From the NCBI RefSeq assembly GCF_963506605.1, contig NC_083288.1, positions 28,582,001 to 28,646,000 on the forward strand: DNA of 64,000 nt, written 5' to 3'. Position numbers and translations under genes: made by a program. The notes under the pieces are model-generated. The model saw nothing but the letters and a program-made list of their open reading frames with translations, searched no databases and was not told the DNA's origin. The DNA is from Zootoca vivipara. Its lineage: Eukaryota. Shown here in pieces: positions 22,350 through 33,691 of the stretch (position 1 is its first letter; every line of letters begins with the position of its first letter).

Positions 22350-24114
22350 TTTGAGTCTCAAATTTCATGGGAAAGGCATGAGTTGCAGGACCTAAGACAG
22401 TGCTATTTCTTGTATCCAAAATTCCAAGCATAAAGTTTGTATCTGGACTGGTTCCAACTCTTATTTTTAGCTCAATTTCTCACATTCAAATACAATTATT
22501 CATGCTATTCACAGTCCTGTTGTTTTGACAGCTTATACAGTTCAACAGTTCACAATAATAGAAAGTTTCCTTTCCTGTATGATGTCATAATGGTGGCTCG
22601 CCTAGGCCTCTCGGGTCCTGCTCCCAGCCTACAGAAGGGTCTTTCCCAGACCAAAATTACAGATTTTTTTTGCAGGGTTTACACTCAATCAATTTCTTCC
22701 CATTGCCCTGCAGCAAGGAGACAGATTTTAAGTCCGCTTTTTAGGGAAATTTAAAACTTTCTGTCAAACGTTTCGGCTGCAGGCAAGATAGCTGCATCAC
22801 ACACACTCAGTGGGGGGAGATCGACCTCCGTTCTTTTTAATCTCCTCCCATGGCCAAATTCTTCTCAAATCAACAGCAATTTACTCACGTCCCAGGTCCA
22901 AATCTTTTAATATTGGAGGTATTTGCTGCTCAAATGCCGTCGGCTCGGAGCTTCGCACCAGAGAGATAGCGAATCGACTCAAGGCTCCGTCTCCCCTCAG
23001 GCTGTTCTTGGGGCTCTTAAAAAAGAGCTTACCAGGCAGCGAGGGAGACTTAAAGGAGCACCGCTGAGTCTCCATATCCCCAGAAAGCCCGATGTGGGGT
23101 TACTCCGGGGGGCCACAGTGTTTGTGTGGCTCTCCCCCCTCCTCTCTGGCGCTGGGGTTCTTGGAGACCGAGGTTTCCCTCGCCGATCGGTAATGGCAGC
23201 AGACCGGAAGCTGCAATTCAGCAACTTCTCATTCCAATCTGTTTCTGAATTTTTTCTGTAATAAGAAAGCTATTTTGAGATCTTGTATAGAATGTCCTGG
23301 GAGATTGAAGTGTTCTCCTACTGGTTTCTCTGTCTTGTGATTCCTGATGTCAGATTTATGTCCATTTATCCTTTGGCGTAGGGTTTGGGCTGTTTGTACA
23401 AGAATTTTGTCAAGAAGTAATTTGAGAAGGCTGGAAAAACATATTCCACACATGAACTATATAATCTCAATATAAACCATCTTACTCATAAAACAATACG
23501 ATATCACTTAGGAGCCACGTATCTGAGGTAGAAATGTCAGGTCTGGCCAAAGGGTGGTCTTATTTATAGCTTCACTTAAACACTCCTGACAGAATTCTAG
23601 CCACTTTCACTGCAACATTTTTTTTCTTAATACATCACTTCATTGCTGTAATTCTGATGATCCTCAGCTGAATATGGGGCATGAGGGAATTTACCTAGGT
23701 GCTTCAGTAATTGCAAAGTAGATAGAAAACTAATTCCACCCAGAAGAACTAGGTGAACTGTGGTAAATTCTTTTTTTTTTTAATTTAAGCTTGATACAGG
23801 CCAAACCAAACTAAAGCAAGTGACAGATTGTCTCTACCCAGATGTCCCCAACTATTGTTTACATTCTCCAGTCCTTGTTCCATGCGCCAACATCATCTGA
23901 AGTTATGATATCATAATAATTCATTTCTACATTTACTCTGTGGATGTGGAATCTCCCTGAAGAGATACAAAAATCTGCTCTATTTTTGTATCTCTTCAGG
24001 AAGGAAGCAAAACATATCTGTTTTCAGAGACCTCAGTCTGCAAGATGTACATTTCAGCCTTGTATTTTTTCTTAAGTTGCTAATTTTCCCCTGTTCAATG
24101 CCACCAATATTCTC

Positions 24115-24726
24115 TCTTTTTATATAAATAATTTTTATTCATTTTCAGGTATGTGACAAAATAAAACATCATACACAAACACAAACACACACAACAATTA
24201 TACCAATTATTTTCATCATAACCTTTTCATCTCATCTCTTTTTTGCTCTCATGAGCTGAGACCTCCCTCCCTCCCTTCACATGGCTTTGTTGTTTTAATC
24301 CTATCTCACAGTTCCTTTTACATCTTCTGTCTCAGTTTGTAGGATTCATTTTAGTCCTGCAAGGGTCTTTATACTTGTACAGTTTTTCTCCATATAATCA
24401 ATGAATTTACTCCACTCTCTCTGGAACGTTGTCTCTGCCTGGTTCCGGATCGCACAAGTCAACTTTGCCAGTTCAGCATAGTCCATCAGTTTTGTTTGCC
24501 ACTCCTCAATAGTTGGAACCTCTTGTGTTTTCCATTTTTGGGCTAATAATGTTCTCGCCGCGGTTGTGGCATACCTAGTGAGTCTCTGGTCCCCCTTAGC
24601 AATCTCATCTCCCATTAGTCCCAACAAAAATGCCTCAGGCTTTTTGGTGAAAGTATATTTAAACATTTTTTTCAACTCATTATATAAATTTTCCCAAAAT
24701 ATTTTCACTATCTCACATGACCACCT
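24115..24726 (-). mobile_element. L1 LINE, 5'-truncated (ORF2 C terminus plus 3' UTR)
   Basis: ORF 24346-24708 (FW...PEAFLLG...A.KWK...P..EEW) resembles the L1 ORF2 C terminus; 18-bp TSD AATGCCACCAATATTCTC (24097-24114 / 24727-24744); empty site at ~15269. Confidence 0.9.
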
Positions 24727-24760
24727 AATGCCACCAATATTCTCAATTAATACACAAAAC

Positions 24761-25428
24761 CAGTGGTTCCCAACAGGTGGTCCGCGGCCCCCCAGGGGTC
24801 CGCAAGCTATGCCAGAGGGGTCCGCAAGATGCTATTAGAATAAAAAATATATTAAATATATTTCATATGATAACAGATTTTTTGTTTTGGTCGCTTCCAG
24901 CATGAGCAGAGTCTAGCGCAAAACTAGAATTAGATAGAGGCAGTACTTCTGCTGTATGCCGTTAGGTGGCGCTTTACAAACACGACTGTTTTTCAAAGAG
25001 GCAGCGTGCGCATTCTACTAACGCTCACCTCCCCAAGATGCTTTGCGCGCGTTGGCTTCATTTGTGCGCTACTGCGCAGGTACCCTGTCTTCTCCATCCC
25101 CCTCCCTCCTCCCTGGCGCGCGCTGCCTCTTTGCAAAACAGTAGTGTTTGTAAACAAAGCATTATTTTTCGCGGAAGCCACAGTTCGCGTAGTTAAAAAT
25201 GGACCGTTGGTTAAAAAGTGGTTCATCTCATTAAGAACTGGAAATTAAAACTAACTGTATACTGATGGAGTACTCTGTTGTAACTGTAAAAACGTATAAA
25301 TATAAAATATAAAAAGACTCTTAATTTGGCTCTCACTTTTTAATTTTAGGATTAGGAATTAACGGGGGTCCTCGTCACAATAGCGGCTCGTTAAGGGGCC
25401 CTCGAGAAAAATTTGTTGGGAACCCCTG
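24761..25428 (+). mobile_element. hAT (Charlie/Buster-type) non-autonomous deletion derivative
   Basis: TIRs CAGTGGTTCCCAAC / GTTGGGAACCCCTG; exact 8-bp TSD CACAAAAC; empty site at ~15295. Confidence 0.92.
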
Positions 25429-26346
25429 CACAAAACGAACACACAATACTCAACAAAACACTAAATCCAAGATAAATATATACCACAATTGCAAAAGGAA
25501 AACCGCACATGCACTCCCCACCAAAAAATCAGCCTTAATTCGCACCAAAGGTGAACTTATTGCAAAAATACAAATACAAATTGTGATCAAAACAAGATAT
25601 ATGTTCAATATTAAATGATTGAGTGATTATTGTACTACTGCTATCATTGTCATCATCATCAACATTGTTACAATATGATTACATAGCTATTACAAATGTA
25701 GTTCATATACATAAAAAGCTCTGTGTCTTGTAGGAATATTGCAAAAGTTAGAGACCTTGAGTTCCTAGAGTAGGAGTTGATTGGGGGTCAAGGGGAAAGA
25801 GAGAGAGAAAAAGACAACAATGAAAGATAAAATGGGAGGATAAAAGGTAATCAAGATAAGATGAGAAAAATCCCATATACCATGCAGATCTAACAGTGAC
25901 CAAGTTAAAGCATCAAAGTTTAGTTGTGTGTGTGATGCATGATTCCCAGGAAGGAAAATGTGGTTTCTTATAAACTCGCCAGGAGTGACTGGCATGCTCT
26001 GGTCCATGGAATCACGAAGAGTCGGACACGACTAAATGACTAAACAACAACAACATAAACTCATACCTCTCTACTGACTGAAAATATAGAGCAAGGCCTA
26101 CCCAGGTATTTCTATGGTTCTCTAGCCAGATTCAGCCTGTGGAAGGAAGATAGAAATTTGCTAAATTTTGGGTAGAACTAGTCCAGATTCTGGCATTCCA
26201 CATTCTCTCTCTCTCTGTGTGTGTGTGTGTGGTGTTCTAATGTGCACAAAAAGGAGCACATTTATCTATAAAAATGAAATCATATGTGTTTAGTGATGTT
26301 ATCAAATTTGAAGTCACTTTTGAGAAAACAACAACTTTAGCGAATC

Positions 26347-27723
26347 TTAGGTCTGTCTTTTCTTCTCATTTTGCACAACTAGGAATGAGATATGTCTTCT
26401 CAATGCTTCCTTTACTTCTTTATTTCTCAAACTATATATGATGGGATTGATCATGGGAGTCAGGATGGTATAACAGATAGAGAAGACTTTGTGAAGGGCA
26501 TTCAGTCTGTCAGTGTTTGGAATCACATAGACAGCCATCAGTGTGCCATAGAAAATTGTAACTACCAAGAGATGAGAGGAACAGGTAGAAAATGCTTTTT
26601 GTTTTCCAGTTGCAGAAGGGATTTTCATTATGGCTACAATTATGAAAGTGTATGATGTGAAGGTCAATATAAATGGGGGAAAGGTGAATATAGAGCATAA
26701 AACATATATATACCACTTTAACGTGCTAGTGTCACCACAAAATAGTTCTATGATGGGGAAGGTGTCACAAAAGAAATGGTCAATTTTATTGCCACCACAG
26801 AAAACTAACGTGGACATGATAATCGTTGTCATAGTAATTGACAGAAAACCACTAAACCAAGAGCTGACTATTAGTTGGAAACACAATTTGCCATTCATCA
26901 TGGTGACATAATGGAGAGGTTTACATATAGCTAAGTACCGGTCATAGGACATTGCTGATAATAAGTAGCATTCCACACCTCCAAAAAAACCAAAGAAGTA
27001 ATGTTGCACAAAACATGCATTGACTGAAATCACTTTCCTTCCCGTAAGGAAACTGGATAACATTCTTGGCAAGATGTTTGAGCTGCAGCAGGTCTCCAAG
27101 CATGAGAGGTTCCCAAGGAAGAAGTACATCGGGGTGTGAAGGTGTAGGTCAGTGGCAACTAGTAAAATGATGAGGATGTTCCCAACCATTGTCACAATGT
27201 AGATGAAAAGGAACAACAGGAAAAGAGGAATCAGCAATGCCTGGTGGTGATCTCCAAATCCCAGAAGAATAAATTCAGTTACATGTATAAATTCAGTTAT
27301 ATTTATCTGTTCTTTATTTTCATATAACTTCACCTGTAAAATGGAAAAAGGTTCATGACGAATCTGAATGGCTTTTATATCTGGGATCCTAACACTTCAA
27401 AAGGAGCACATTTCCTTTGTTCTCCATGTAATAATTGTTCAGCTGCATCAACTTTTAACCTGGCTAGCTTTTGCAAGAGTTTATTGTTCGAACAACGATA
27501 ATTTCATTTCTCATAGGGAATATGGGTTTCCTGTTTCCACCTATTGGAATTACAATATCTCCATTAGAAATCCAACCTGCCAAATTTCGATTCCTCCGTC
27601 TATCTCACACCTCCAGTACCCTTGCACCCTTGCAATTCTAAGCATTGTTAAGTACTCTATTGTATGCATTTTATATATTTAAAAAGAGAGAGAAAGGCCA
27701 CATACCTTTAATGGGGTAGTCAT
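26347..27723 (-). CDS. Olfactory receptor with two coding exons (27723-27706 + 27333-26347), paralog of 16541
   Basis: Same structure as 16541, with ATG ACT ACC CCA TTA AAG|GTATGT and TTTTACAG|GTG conserved; intact OR motifs. Confidence 0.88.
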
Positions 27724-28980
27724 GACTGATTTACATAGGTTAATTTTGTCCAGCGTTTCAGCAACCAACACATAATTTCATTAGAAGTTCTTCATCTATA
27801 ACACTTGTTTCGTCATGTTGGATAGTCTTACCCAAACTATCTAGCATCTCCTGATTCTTCTGCTGTTCTTTCATTTGATACATTGCAGTACTTAGTCAGA
27901 ATATCAAGAAACGCGTTAATTGAAAGCTCCTAAATGTGGCCAGGTTCCTTCCCACCTTCATGTCTCTTTCTCTAAATAAACAAAGGGAGACAACCCTATT
28001 TAGTCTGGATCCCAAGGTCCAAATACCGGTATATGTTTCTAGTCAGATGCTCTAACAGAACCATGCCCATTATTACTATATTGCAGGAGAAAATACGGAA
28101 AGGAAACCTATCACATCTGAAAGAATCCTTTGAATATGAGTTGCCTTTTATATGTTAAGATTAGCTCCTCTTTGGTACAGTGATAATTACAATATGTCCC
28201 TCCTTACTACTAGTTCGTTCTGCACTCAAGGGGAATTTACAGGACAGGGAGCAATCAGCAATATAGAAATGTGTTTTCTTTAATGATGTCTGCTGAGCAT
28301 CTTAATTCAGGAGTGGGCAATCTTCACTTCTGGCAAACATGGAGGGAGCACATGGCAGTGGTAGGTAGAGTGAGAAGCAAAAAGTGGGTGAGAAGATTGA
28401 TTTTATGTTTATACAGTAGATTAGGTGATACACACACTCTCGCACCCATCTCCACCATCCATCCAAACAAGCAAGTGTCATTAGAGTGCAAGGACACATT
28501 CCAGCAAGGCAGGGAACATCTAAGGATATCGCAAAAATAAACAAGGAATGTGAGTAATGTGGCCTGGTAAAATAGGAGTTGGCTGTGTTGGGTGCCAAAT
28601 GCTAAAGTGAGAGGCCTGAAAGGCAACATTTGGCTCCCAGGCCTCTGTTTCCCCCACACCTTCCTAAACTAAATCCCTTCCCTAGCTTAATTTGGAGGTG
28701 CTATTTCCCTCCCCCTGTGTGATATATAAACCCACTTTAGCAAGTGGCCGATGAACAAGGTTGGAATTTTGACTGAGACCAAACAGGCTTATTTTAGGCC
28801 CTTGGTGGGATTAGAATAATTAGAAGAAATTAGAATAAAATTCTAAACTCAAACATTAAAAGCAACTGGTCCCTGGCAGGGGGCCCCATATGGCTTAGCT
28901 CTCCAAGGAGCAGGACAAGTGTACCTGACTGCCACCCCATCTCTGCAGAGGCCTGGGGCCAAATTTCCCAATGCTCAGTC

Positions 28981-28982
<2 letters not shown>

Positions 28983-29021
<39 letters not shown>
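28983..29021. repeat. (TG)n microsatellite
   Basis: Seen directly in the sequence. Confidence 0.95.
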
Positions 29022-29028
<7 letters not shown>

Positions 29029-29276
29029 TCATTTAATCAGCTAATCCCTATGTTTCATACACATGGATATATGTCGTTCCTCAAATCAGAGGAATTCTCA
29101 GAGCCCAATGGAGCCACATGGGCTAACCAGCATTTCTCAACCTGATACCTTCCAGAAGATTTGAACTTCAACTCCTATCACCCCTGACCAATGGAAATGT
29201 CAGCTGAAAAGAATTGTTGTCCAGAGCAACTGGCGGTTACCAGGATGGAGAAGACTAGGCTAACCACTTTAAAAAA

Positions 29277-30230
29277 ACAAAAAAATAACCTTCCAGTAGC
29301 ACCTTAGAGACCAACTAAGTTTGTCATAGGTATGAACTTTCGTGTGCATGCACACTTCTTGAGATACACTGAAACAGACCCTTATGTATAGTCAGAGGGT
29401 GGGGAGGGGTATTACTCAGAAGGGTGGTGAGAATGGGTGATTGGCTGATAGGAGTGGTAAACCTGTTGACGACTGTTAACGATTGCAATTGGTATTGCAG
29501 GAAAAAGCAATGGGTGAGATGGCTAATGACTAATTACCAGGATGGAGAAGACGAGGATAACCACTTTTTTAAAAAACAAAAAAGTAAAATAGAAAATCCT
29601 TCCAGTAGCACCTTAGATACCAACTAAGTTTGTCATTGGTATGAGCTTTCGTGTGCATGCACACTTCTTCAGATGCACTGAAACAGAAGTCACCAGACCC
29701 TTATATCTAGTAAGAGGGTGGGGAGGGGTATGACTCACAAGGGTGGTAGGAATGGGTGATTGGGTGATAGGAGTGGTAAACCTGTTGACGACTCTTAACG
29801 ACTGCAATTGGTATTGCAGGAAAAAGCAAGGTGTGAGATGGCTAAAGATAGCTTTATCATGTATAATGACTGAGATAAGAACCCAATGTCTTCATTCAGA
29901 CCAGGTCTCTCCATGGTTTTAAGCTTGGTAATGAGTTGCAATTCAGCAACTTCTCTTTCCAGTCTGTTTCTGAATTTTTTCTGTAATAAGACAGCTACTT
30001 TGAGATCTTGTATACAATGTCCTGGGAGATTGAAGTGTTCTCCTACTGGTTTCTCTGTCTTGTGATTCCTGATGTCAGATTTATATCCATTTATCCTTTG
30101 GCGTAGGGTTTGGCCTGTTTGTCCAATATAGGGAGCTGAAGGACACTGTTGGCATTTGATGGCATACACAATGTTAGAAGATGAGCAATTAAATAGTCCT
30201 GAGATGGTATGTTTGATGTTGTTGGGGCCA
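29277..30230 (-). mobile_element. Penelope-like element 3' fragment with GIY-YIG endonuclease remnant and a duplicated end
   Basis: ORF 29795-30169 VYAIKCQQC...YIGQT...LRQRI...HF...E..E...G LN matches the PLE GIY-YIG domain; pLTR and hammerhead motif present twice (~29330 and ~29640). Confidence 0.9.
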
Positions 30231-32971
30231 GCATCCTGGGCATCAGTGAACTAAAATGGAAGGGAATGGGCGAATTCAGTTCGGATGACTATCATATCTA
30301 CTACTGTGGGCAAGAATCCTGTAGCAGAAATGGAGTGGCCCTCATAGTCAACAAAAGAGTGGCAAAAGCTGTAATGGGATGCAATCTCAAAAATGACAGA
30401 ATGATCTCGATACGAATCCAAGGCAGACCTTTTAACATCACAGTAATCCAAGTTTATGCACCAACTACCGGTGCTGAAGAAAGTGAAATTGACCAGTTCT
30501 ATGAAGACTTACAACACCTTCTAGAAATGACACCAAAGAAGGATGTTCTTCTCATTACAGGGGACTGGAATGCTAAAGTAGGGAATCAAGAGATAAAAGG
30601 AACAACTGGCAAGTTTGGCCTTGGAGTTCAAAATGAAGCAGGGCAAAGGCTAATAGAGTTCTGTCAAGAGAACAAGCTGGTCATCACAAACACTCTCTTC
30701 CAACAACACAAGAGACGACTCTACACATGGATATCACCAAATGGGCAGCATCGAAATCAGATTGATTATATTCTCTGCAGCCAAAGATGGAGAAGCTCTA
30801 TACAGTCAGCAAAAACAAGACCTGGAGCTGACTGTAACTCAGATCATCAGCTTCTTATAGCAAAATTCCAGCTTAAACTGAAGAAAGTAGGAAAAACCAC
30901 TGGGCCAGTAAGATACAATCTGAATCAAATCCCTTATGAATACACAGTGGAAGTGAGGAACAGGTTTAAGGATTTAGATTTGGTGGACAGAGTGCCTGAA
31001 GAACTATGGATGGAGGCTCGTAACATTATACAGGAGGCAGCAATGAAAACCATCCCAAGGAAAAGGAAATGCAAGAAAGCAAAATGGCTGTCCAACGAGG
31101 CCTTACAAATAGCGGAGGAGAGGAGGCAAGCAAAATGCAAGGGAGATAGGGAAAGATACAGGAAACTGAATGCAGATTTCCAAAAAACAGCAAGGAGAGA
31201 CAAGAGGGTCTTCTTAAATGAGCAATGCAAAGAAATAGAGGAAAACAATAGAATGGGGAAAACCAGAGATCTGTTCAAGAAAATTGGAGATATGAAAGGA
31301 ACATTTCGTACAAAGATTACCATAATCAAGGACAAAAGTGGTAAGGACCTAACAGAAGCAGAACACATCAAGAAGAGGTGGCAAGAATACACAGAGGAAT
31401 TATACCAGAAAGATATGGAGGTCTCGTACACCTCAGGTAGTGTGGTTGCTGGCCTTGAGCCAGACATCTTGGAGAGTGAAGTCAAATGGGCCTTAGAAAG
31501 CATTGCTAATAACAAGGCCAGTGGAAGTGATGATATTCCAGCTGAACTGTTTAAAATTTTAAAAGATGATGCTGTTAAGGTGCTACACCCAATATGCCAG
31601 CAAGTTTGGAAAACTCAGCAATGGCCAGAGGATTGGAGAAGATCAGTCTACATCCCGATTCCAAAGAAGGGCAGTGCCAAAGAATGCTCCAACTACCGCA
31701 CAATTGCGCTCATTTCACACGCTAGCAAGGTTATGCTTAAAATTCTACAAGGCAGGCTTAGGCAGTATGTGGACCGAGAACTCCCAGAAGTGCAAGCTGG
31801 ATTTCGAAGGGGCAGAGGAACCAGAGACCAAATAGCAAACATGCGCTGGATTATGGAGAAAGCTAGAGAGTTCCAGAAAAACGTCTACTTCTGCTTCATT
31901 GACTATGCAAAAGCCTTTGACTGTGTCGACCACAGCAAACTATGGCAAGTTCTTAAAGAAATGGGAGTGCCTGATCACCTCATCTGTCTCCTGAGAAATC
32001 TCTATGTGGGACAAGAAGCTACAGTTAGAACTGGATATGGAACAACTGATTGGTTCAAAATTGGGAAAGGAGTACGACAAGGTTGTATATTGTCTCCCTG
32101 CTTATTTAACTTATATGCAGAATTCATCATGCGAAAGGCTGGACTAGATGAATCCCAAGCCGGAATTAAGATTTCTGGAAGAAATATCAACAACCTCAGA
32201 TATGCAGATGACACAACCTTGATGGCAGAAAGCGAGGAGGAATTAAAGAACCTTTTAATGAGGGTGAAAGAGGAGAGCGCAAAATATGGTCTGAAGCTCA
32301 ACATCAAAAAAACCAAGATCATGGCCACTGGTCCCATCACCTCCTGGCAAATAGAAGGGGAAGAAATGGAGGCAGTGAGAGATTTTACTTTCTTGGGCTC
32401 CTTGATCACTGCAGATGGTGACAGCAGTCACGAAATTAAAAGACGCCTGCTTCTTGGGAGAAAAGCAATGACAAACCTAGACAGCATCTTAAAAAGCAGA
32501 GACATCACCTTGCCGACAAAGGTCCGTATAGTTAAAGCTATGGTTTTCCCAGTAGTGATGTATGGAAGTGAGAGTTGGACCATAAAGAAGGCTGATCGCC
32601 GAAGAATTGATGCTTTTGAATTATGGTGCTGGAGGAGACTCTTGAGAGTCCCATGGACTGCAAGAAGATCAAACCTATCCATTCTTAAGGAAATCAGCCC
32701 TGAGTGCTCCCTGGAAGGACAGATCGTGAAGCTGAGGCTCCAATACTTTGGCCACCTCATGAGAAGAGAAGAATCCTTGGAAAAGACCCTGATGTTGGGA
32801 AAGATTGAGGGCACTAGGAGAAGGGGACGACAGAGGACAAGATGGTTGGACAGTGTTCTCGAAGCTACGAACATGAGTTTGACCAAACTGCGGGAGGCAG
32901 TGCGAGACAGGAGTGCCTGGCGTGCTATGGTCCATGGGGTCACGAAGAGTCGGACACGACTAAACGACTAA
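30209..32971 (+). CDS. BovB endonuclease/reverse transcriptase ORF (920 aa; first ~8 codons come from flanking antisense Penelope DNA)
   Basis: Uninterrupted ORF; the N-terminal endonuclease motif (TWNV) region is missing. Confidence 0.9.
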   Translation: MFDVVGASILGISELKWKGMGEFSSDDYHIYYCGQESCSRNGVALIVNKRVAKAVMGCNLKNDRMISIRIQGRPFNITVIQVYAPTTGAEESEIDQFYEDLQHLLEMTPKKDVLLITGDWNAKVGNQEIKGTTGKFGLGVQNEAGQRLIEFCQENKLVITNTLFQQHKRRLYTWISPNGQHRNQIDYILCSQRWRSSIQSAKTRPGADCNSDHQLLIAKFQLKLKKVGKTTGPVRYNLNQIPYEYTVEVRNRFKDLDLVDRVPEELWMEARNIIQEAAMKTIPRKRKCKKAKWLSNEALQIAEERRQAKCKGDRERYRKLNADFQKTARRDKRVFLNEQCKEIEENNRMGKTRDLFKKIGDMKGTFRTKITIIKDKSGKDLTEAEHIKKRWQEYTEELYQKDMEVSYTSGSVVAGLEPDILESEVKWALESIANNKASGSDDIPAELFKILKDDAVKVLHPICQQVWKTQQWPEDWRRSVYIPIPKKGSAKECSNYRTIALISHASKVMLKILQGRLRQYVDRELPEVQAGFRRGRGTRDQIANMRWIMEKAREFQKNVYFCFIDYAKAFDCVDHSKLWQVLKEMGVPDHLICLLRNLYVGQEATVRTGYGTTDWFKIGKGVRQGCILSPCLFNLYAEFIMRKAGLDESQAGIKISGRNINNLRYADDTTLMAESEEELKNLLMRVKEESAKYGLKLNIKKTKIMATGPITSWQIEGEEMEAVRDFTFLGSLITADGDSSHEIKRRLLLGRKAMTNLDSILKSRDITLPTKVRIVKAMVFPVVMYGSESWTIKKADRRRIDAFELWCWRRLLRVPWTARRSNLSILKEISPECSLEGQIVKLRLQYFGHLMRREESLEKTLMLGKIEGTRRRGRQRTRWLDSVLEATNMSLTKLREAVRDRSAWRAMVHGVTKSRTRLND

Positions 32972-32983
32972 ACAACAACAACA
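30232..32983 (+). mobile_element. BovB (RTE-clade) LINE, slightly 5'-truncated
   Basis: AP endonuclease motifs (ILGISE, VYAPT, GDWNAK, IDYI, SDH), RT motifs (QAGFR, GVRQGCILSP, YADD), C-terminal GVTKSRTRL and (CAA)n tail; no TSD seen. Confidence 0.97.
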
Positions 32984-33200
32984 TTTAAACCATATTTTAT
33001 TGTCTCCATATGAATATATGATATTATTAATTTATATTCATATTTCATGTTTACATTCCTATATATTAAATATGACTACAAATACTAGAGGGAAGGAGGA
33101 AGAGGAAAGGGGAGAGAGAGAGAATAAAATAGGTGTGTTGCTTCACACCCTTTCCTTAAAAAGGAAACCCTTTTACAATGTTGTTCTTACTCTCCTATTA

Positions 33201-33441
33201 CAGTGGTACCTCAAGTTACAAATGTCTCAGGTTACAAATGCTTTAGGTTACAAACTCCGCTAACCTGGAAGAGTTACCTCGAGTTGATAACTTTGCCCGA
33301 GGATGAGAACGGAAATCGTGTGCCAGCGGCGCAGCGGCAGCAAGAGGCCCCATTAGCGAAAGCACGCCTCTAGTTAAGAACAGTTTCAGGTTAAGAATGG
33401 ACCTTCAGAACGAATCAAGTTCATAACTAGAGGTACCACTG
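33201..33441. mobile_element. Tc1/mariner (Tigger-like) MITE
   Basis: TIR CAGTGGTACCTC / GAGGTACCACTG flanked by TA on both sides. Confidence 0.9.
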
Positions 33442-33691
33442 TATTTCATTTCAGGTGTTTGGACCCAAATGCCACCTCCCCCAAATCAGACAAACCCCTG
33501 AAACCAAACAAAAGGAGACCAGCTACCTATACCTGCTACAATTACCATTGCACAGTCACCCCCACCTTCCACCCTTACTGGCACAAAGCCAGTAGGATTT
33601 TGGATTTGGTGGTTCTTCTGCCCCAGATTCTACCTCCCCAACCCCATAGTATTGATTTCCCTATTGTGCTATAATAGGTAAACACTTACTT

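Larger units (their letters stand above)
20632..23211 (-). mobile_element. Non-autonomous poly(A) retroelement A (L1-dependent, HAL1-like), ~2.04 kb after removing nested inserts
   Basis: 19-bp TSD TGC(T/A)ATTCAGCAACTTCTC (20613-20631 / 23212-23230), empty site at ~29937; GC-rich 5' end GCTTCCGGTCT; AATAAA plus short poly(A); one ORF; no RT or endonuclease. Confidence 0.8.
20275..23400 (-). mobile_element. Penelope-like element 3' fragment (GIY-YIG end plus pLTR), split by the 20632-23211 insertion
   Basis: Pieces 20275-20631 and 23212-23400 join into the sequence seen intact at 29580-30125 (QTLRQRINGHKSDI...). Confidence 0.88.
14636..30125. repeat. Tandem segmental duplication: unit A ~14636-23400, unit B ~23404-30125
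   Basis: ATTTTGTCAAGAAGTAATTTGAGAAGGCT starts both units; flanks, OR genes and Penelope ends are collinear, with unit-specific insertions. Confidence 0.93.

Noticed and set aside
30934-32943. Several 60-190 aa ORFs antisense to BovB (also 21034-21414)
   Set aside because: Antisense shadows of the RT ORF with no independent coding signal.
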